Assembly (NCBI GenBank): GCA_964270895.1
Contig: OZ185437.1
Length of the DNA: 64,000 nucleotides
From: Podarcis filfolensis
Lineage: Eukaryota
Reading direction: 5' to 3' (one strand)
A program made the translations under genes and the position numbers. The notes under the pieces are model-generated. The model did no database searches. It was given only the letters and a program-made list of their open reading frames with translations, and had not been told where the DNA came from. How positions within the stretch are numbered: the first letter of the stretch is position 1; the number at the start of each line of letters is the position of its first letter. This document shows positions 59,180-64,000 of the stretch, piece by piece.

Positions 59180-59540
59180 GGGACGCGGGTGGCGCTGTGG
59201 GTAAAACCTCAGCGCCTAGGACTTGCCGATCGTCAGGTCGGTGGTTCGAATCCCCGCGGCGGGGTGCGCTCCCGTTGCTCGGTCCCAGCGCCTGCCAACC
59301 TAGCAGTTCGAAAGCACCCCCGGGTGCAAGTAGATAAATAGGGACCGCTTACTAGCGGGAAGGTAAATGGCGTTTCCGTGTGCTGCTCTGGCTCGCCAGA
59401 TGCAGCTTGTCACGCTGGCCACGTGACCCGGAAGTGTCTGCGGACAGCGCTGGCTCCCGGCCTCTAGAGTGAGATGAGTGCACAACCCTAGAGTCTGTCA
59501 AGACTGGCCCGTACGGGCAGGGGTACCTTTACCTTTACCT
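59180..59540 (+). mobile_element. Full-length Sauria SINE (second subfamily) with 14-bp TSD
   Basis: A box from ~59190, B box 59243-59253, (accttt)n tail; atgcctatca(g/a)ttt at 59166-79 and 59541-54. Confidence 0.95.
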
Positions 59541-61299
59541 ATGCCTATCAATTTAGACGTCAAATAAGGCCACTCAGAAGTATGTTGCTATGGTATGACT
59601 TTTACCTACTCAGGTGACTCCATATGTCTATAGATGTGTAGGTGTGAGCTTCTATGAGCTGAGAACTGCCAGAACCTATGGAATGCTGATGTCAAAAGCA
59701 TAAGATGTATGTGTGTAATTGACCTACTTGCAATATATATATTTTAAAACAACACAGGTACTGTATGACAACAACAACAAATTTCAAAAAGAGATTAAAA
59801 ATACTAGATTATTTCCACCTCATTGGCTAGAGATGTTTGACTTCATAGTCAAAGACAGAAATTCTCGCCTTTGCTGCTAACATTTGTTTGAGAGGGGAGC
59901 ATAGCTGTCCAATCCTGGATTTCTTCATTTCTTTTATTAAGCAACTCTCACTTCTTCCTCAGGGGAGAATTTCCCTCTCTTAAAATAAGTTCCCAAAGAT
60001 AAAGCATAAACCAATCTGAAACTCTATCCACATACATCTTAATCCCATTATGTGGGAAACAATTAACTCATAAGCCACCATTCATGTGTTGGTTCTGCAA
60101 AAGATTGATTCACTGTCCCCTCTTGTAGCTTCATGGTCTCTCTTGATTTCATAAATGAATTTGATCTTACCTCTGGGAATGTCTTCTCACATATGAACCC
60201 TGTTCTTTGAGATAAGCTGGTGAGACCTTACACTAGGCTTCCTTCCTGAAATGACACTGTGGGGCTTGAGGCAAGAATGCTCCCACAGGTGGCATTGCAG
60301 CTCTGGAGTCTGATTCTCAGTAAGAGATGTCAGGCCACATCAGTGATGGGATTTAGACTTAGAATGGATTTTAAAAACACATTTCCTTGCATTGCAAATG
60401 GTTATGCACCTATTTTAGCCATGACCTTTCATCAGTTACTTTAAATCCCATTGTTTTAATTGTTGAGTTGGCTTCTATGGGATGCACATTACCCTGGGTG
60501 TCCTTCAGGCAGAAGGAAGATTATCCTTTTTTACCGAAAACATACCATAAAGCTCACATGTCCACAGGTTTTGTTTTTTAAAAAGTAATACTGGAACTAA
60601 TGTAAACACAATGTAACACATAAATGAACTGTGTAAAGGCAACAGAGATCACACAGGTAGAAAACCATGGCAAATAAGCCCACATAAAATGGTCCTTGGA
60701 TTCTTGCAGTCGTCTCTTTGCACAAGGTGTCTTTGCCTTTTCAGAAGTAGGGCAACTATCAGCCCTGAAAGCGTCTAGCATTCCCAGTGGGGTCTTATTC
60801 TAACTTTAACTTTCATATAATAAACTAAAACACTAGAGTCCTTTAATTCAGTCTGTGTAGCAAGCGGGTCAATTGCCTTTTTCAGCCTGGTATTATTTTA
60901 ATCTTACATGCCTCTTAGCATGCAAGCTTTAGATTCAGCTGGGAAAAATATTCCATTCTAGACAATTCATGGGATTTTGCTTTGTTCTGGCAGGGTTTTA
61001 ATGCAATAGTAATTGGAAAATTAAATCTTCAAATGCAGTGTTAGAAATCTTCACAGCAGGATGCAAATGTGCATGTCTGTCTATACCTCTGAAACCAGTC
61101 TCTCGCCTGTTTCTTATACTTGCTTGTGTGACTGGGAAGTAACGAATTTAAGGCATTGAAATACAGTCCAAACCAACATATATATGCATATATATGGAGA
61201 GGGAGGGGGGCTGAGAGCTGGTTGAAGAAGGGGAAAGAATGACTGATCTTTATGCATGAGATAATAGATGAGCCTGGAATGACCTGTTTCCACACACCC

Positions 61300-62350
61300 C
61301 TCCCCTTTCCCTCCTTCATGCGGTAAAACAGCGTTGAAGAAAGAGGGCAGTCGCGTACAGCCCATCTCCTTCGATTCGCCTGTACCAGACTGTGGCAAAG
61401 GGAAATGTGAACAGGAGAACTGGCAATGAACGCCTCGGACACGGAAAGGAACGACCAGCCTCACCGATTCGGATTCAGGTAGGTCTTGAGTTTCATCCTC
61501 CAAAAGGGACCGGCGCGAACCATAACGTTGCAGGCAAGAGAGCCAGACAAAAAGACCTTCCTTCTCCATTAGATTTCAAACGGATTCGGCTTCCTGTGAC
61601 CAGTTTCTCTGGATTCCGTAGATGTGTGTGTTTTTGTGCGTGCGCAGGGAGAATCGGCACTTGCTACAGACAGTACGGTCCTTCTGCCCGCTTTCATCTC
61701 TCGCCTTTCTCCCCTCTCCTGTCCTTCAGAGATAATGGGGAGAAAGACCGAAGGAAGGTGGGTGGGGGGAGGTGGCAACTAGAAATCTGGCTTGCTTCAT
61801 AGAAACCCACCAGCAGCGCTTCATTCCATTAAAAGCCTTTCAGAGAGAGGGTGGGGAGAAGAGGCTGCTGCAACTGGAATTCTCTGTATGTATTTCTACT
61901 ATGTGTTTTCGGGGACTGGATAGTAGTGTGTGGGTGGGTCGGTGGGTGCAAAAGACCAAAGCAACGGGTGCAAGAAGTTATTGGGGCAAAGAGCGCGGCA
62001 TGGCTGCAGATTCTGTTGCACCGAACGAAGGAACTCGCTAGGGATCGGGTTGCCGTGGACGTTGTCCAGGGTGCTGAAATCCATAGCAATCCCTGCCCGT
62101 GCAACAGGGAGCCAAGGCAGCCTAGCGAAGCGAAGCATACCCGACTTTCCAATCAGCAATTATCTCCAACGAGCGGCCGATCGCCTTTTAAATCGCATTA
62201 AACTACTTAAACTCTAGCCTCCTGGCTTGTCACCTCTCCTGCCCAAAGTCTGCATGAAAAGCAAGCGGTGCCAGAAAAGCACATCAGGACTTTGCCTGCG
62301 GTTGCCTTAGTAACTAATATGTATTTCCCACAGCTTGCATAGTTGTCTCT
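61300..62350 (+). promoter_or_regulatory. GRM1: GRM1 promoter / 5' non-coding exon region (moderately CpG-enriched; CCAAT box 62149-62153)
   Basis: Local CpG enrichment 1-2 kb upstream of the first coding exon; ccaatcag motif; candidate donors CAG|gtaggt (61478) and CAG|gtaaca (62648). Confidence 0.6.
62058..62078 (-). promoter_or_regulatory. RE1/NRSE (REST-binding site)
   Basis: Minus strand TTCAGCACCCTGGACAACGTC vs consensus TTCAGCACCACGGACAGCGCC: left half TTCAGCACC and GGACA intact, canonical 2-nt spacer; upstream of a neuronal gene. Confidence 0.85.
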
Positions 62351-62808
62351 TTTGTCGAACTACAGCTTCCCTCCTTTCAAAACCCAAAGATTAATCTAGC
62401 TGGGAAAGGCTGTATCTTGTAAGGGTTTTTAAGAATTCTGTCTTGACCTTTAAATGACATTTTCTTTTCTGAAGATTCTACACAGAAGCGCACACACCCC
62501 GTCTTTCTCAAGATGTTTAAACTAGCATAGTTTTCTTGTTCTCGACTTAATAATGAAGGGTTTTTGTTTTTTTTTAAATCTAATTAAAGACACAAGGAAG
62601 TTCTTAAACTTGTAAAGGCTTTTCTTTGCTTTAAGTGTCAGAATGCAGGTAACAGCATTTTGCCTTAGTAGATAAGGGATACCAATTTCTGCACATGGAG
62701 GTGGTTAGGTATAAATGAATATATCAAGTCACACACTGCACTCTGTTTATAAATGCAAGATTCTTCATATATTACATATGCATGCATGCAACAAGGCACC
62801 ACTACTTT

Positions 62809-62810
<2 letters not shown>

Positions 62811-62840
<30 letters not shown>
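62811..62840. repeat. (TG)15 microsatellite upstream of the GRM1 coding exon
   Basis: Read directly from sequence. Confidence 0.95.
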
Positions 62841-62843
<3 letters not shown>

Positions 62844-63182
62844 ACACCCACACCCACACCTATGCAGTGTTGGTCTCAGTAGTATAACTGTGCCTTGTTA
62901 CTCTCTCCCTGCTTTCTTTCCTTGAGATCTGGAATCGAAAGACACCTGCTATTTGGAGCCATTTGATCTGGTGTCTGCTAATATTCCAGGCAGGTGGGGA
63001 GAGATGTTCATGAAGAAAATGACCTTTACTGAGCTCTGCTTTGACATATTTTCAGTTGATCAATGTGTTCTGTTCTTTCTTCCTATGTCAACAGGCTACA
63101 ATTCACTCCTAGGATGACTTCTTTGCCACCTCCAGGCGATTTGCTTTAAGGGCACATTGTAATGGGTTTTGGAGGCACTTGA

Positions 63183-63998
<816 letters not shown>

Positions 63999-64000
63999 TA

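Noticed and set aside
59180-59260. tRNA gene (also at 49940-50018)
   Set aside because: The A/B boxes belong to SINE heads that continue into SINE body and tail; no complete cloverleaf.

Overview
Vertebrate (squamate, most likely lacertid lizard, judged from the Sauria-SINE type) genomic window. It holds the complete SHPRH gene on the - strand: a CpG-island non-coding exon 1 near 46.8-47.1 kb and 29 coding exons from ATG 44135 to TGA 10088. I traced every splice junction by hand and the phases join into 5067 nt = 1688 aa + stop, with SNF2 helicase, H15, PHD, RING and HELICc domains. Head-to-head on the + strand is the 5' end of GRM1 (mGluR1): a promoter region with an RE1/NRSE site and the first coding exon 63294-63993, which the ORF track missed because it runs off the window. 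The rest is a squamate repeat landscape: L2 and CR1 fragments, Sauria and other tRNA-derived SINEs, Tc2- and Tigger-type MITEs, Penelope remnants, a probable solo LTR and microsatellites. The most unusual object is a 1351-bp Tc2-like MITE (6634-7984) whose interior is a chain of palindromes amplified into a CpG-rich 99-bp minisatellite that is nearly stop-free on both strands. Also notable: the four exons equivalent to human circSHPRH still sum to 440 nt, with the back-splice-frame stop kept but the SHPRH-146aa start codon replaced by AAG; a GC-AG intron with a NAGNAG acceptor; uORFs in both gene leaders; and an orphan ETS+Kozak module at ~50.3 kb. I found no prokaryote-type system (CRISPR, operon) and no demonstrably new protein-coding gene.
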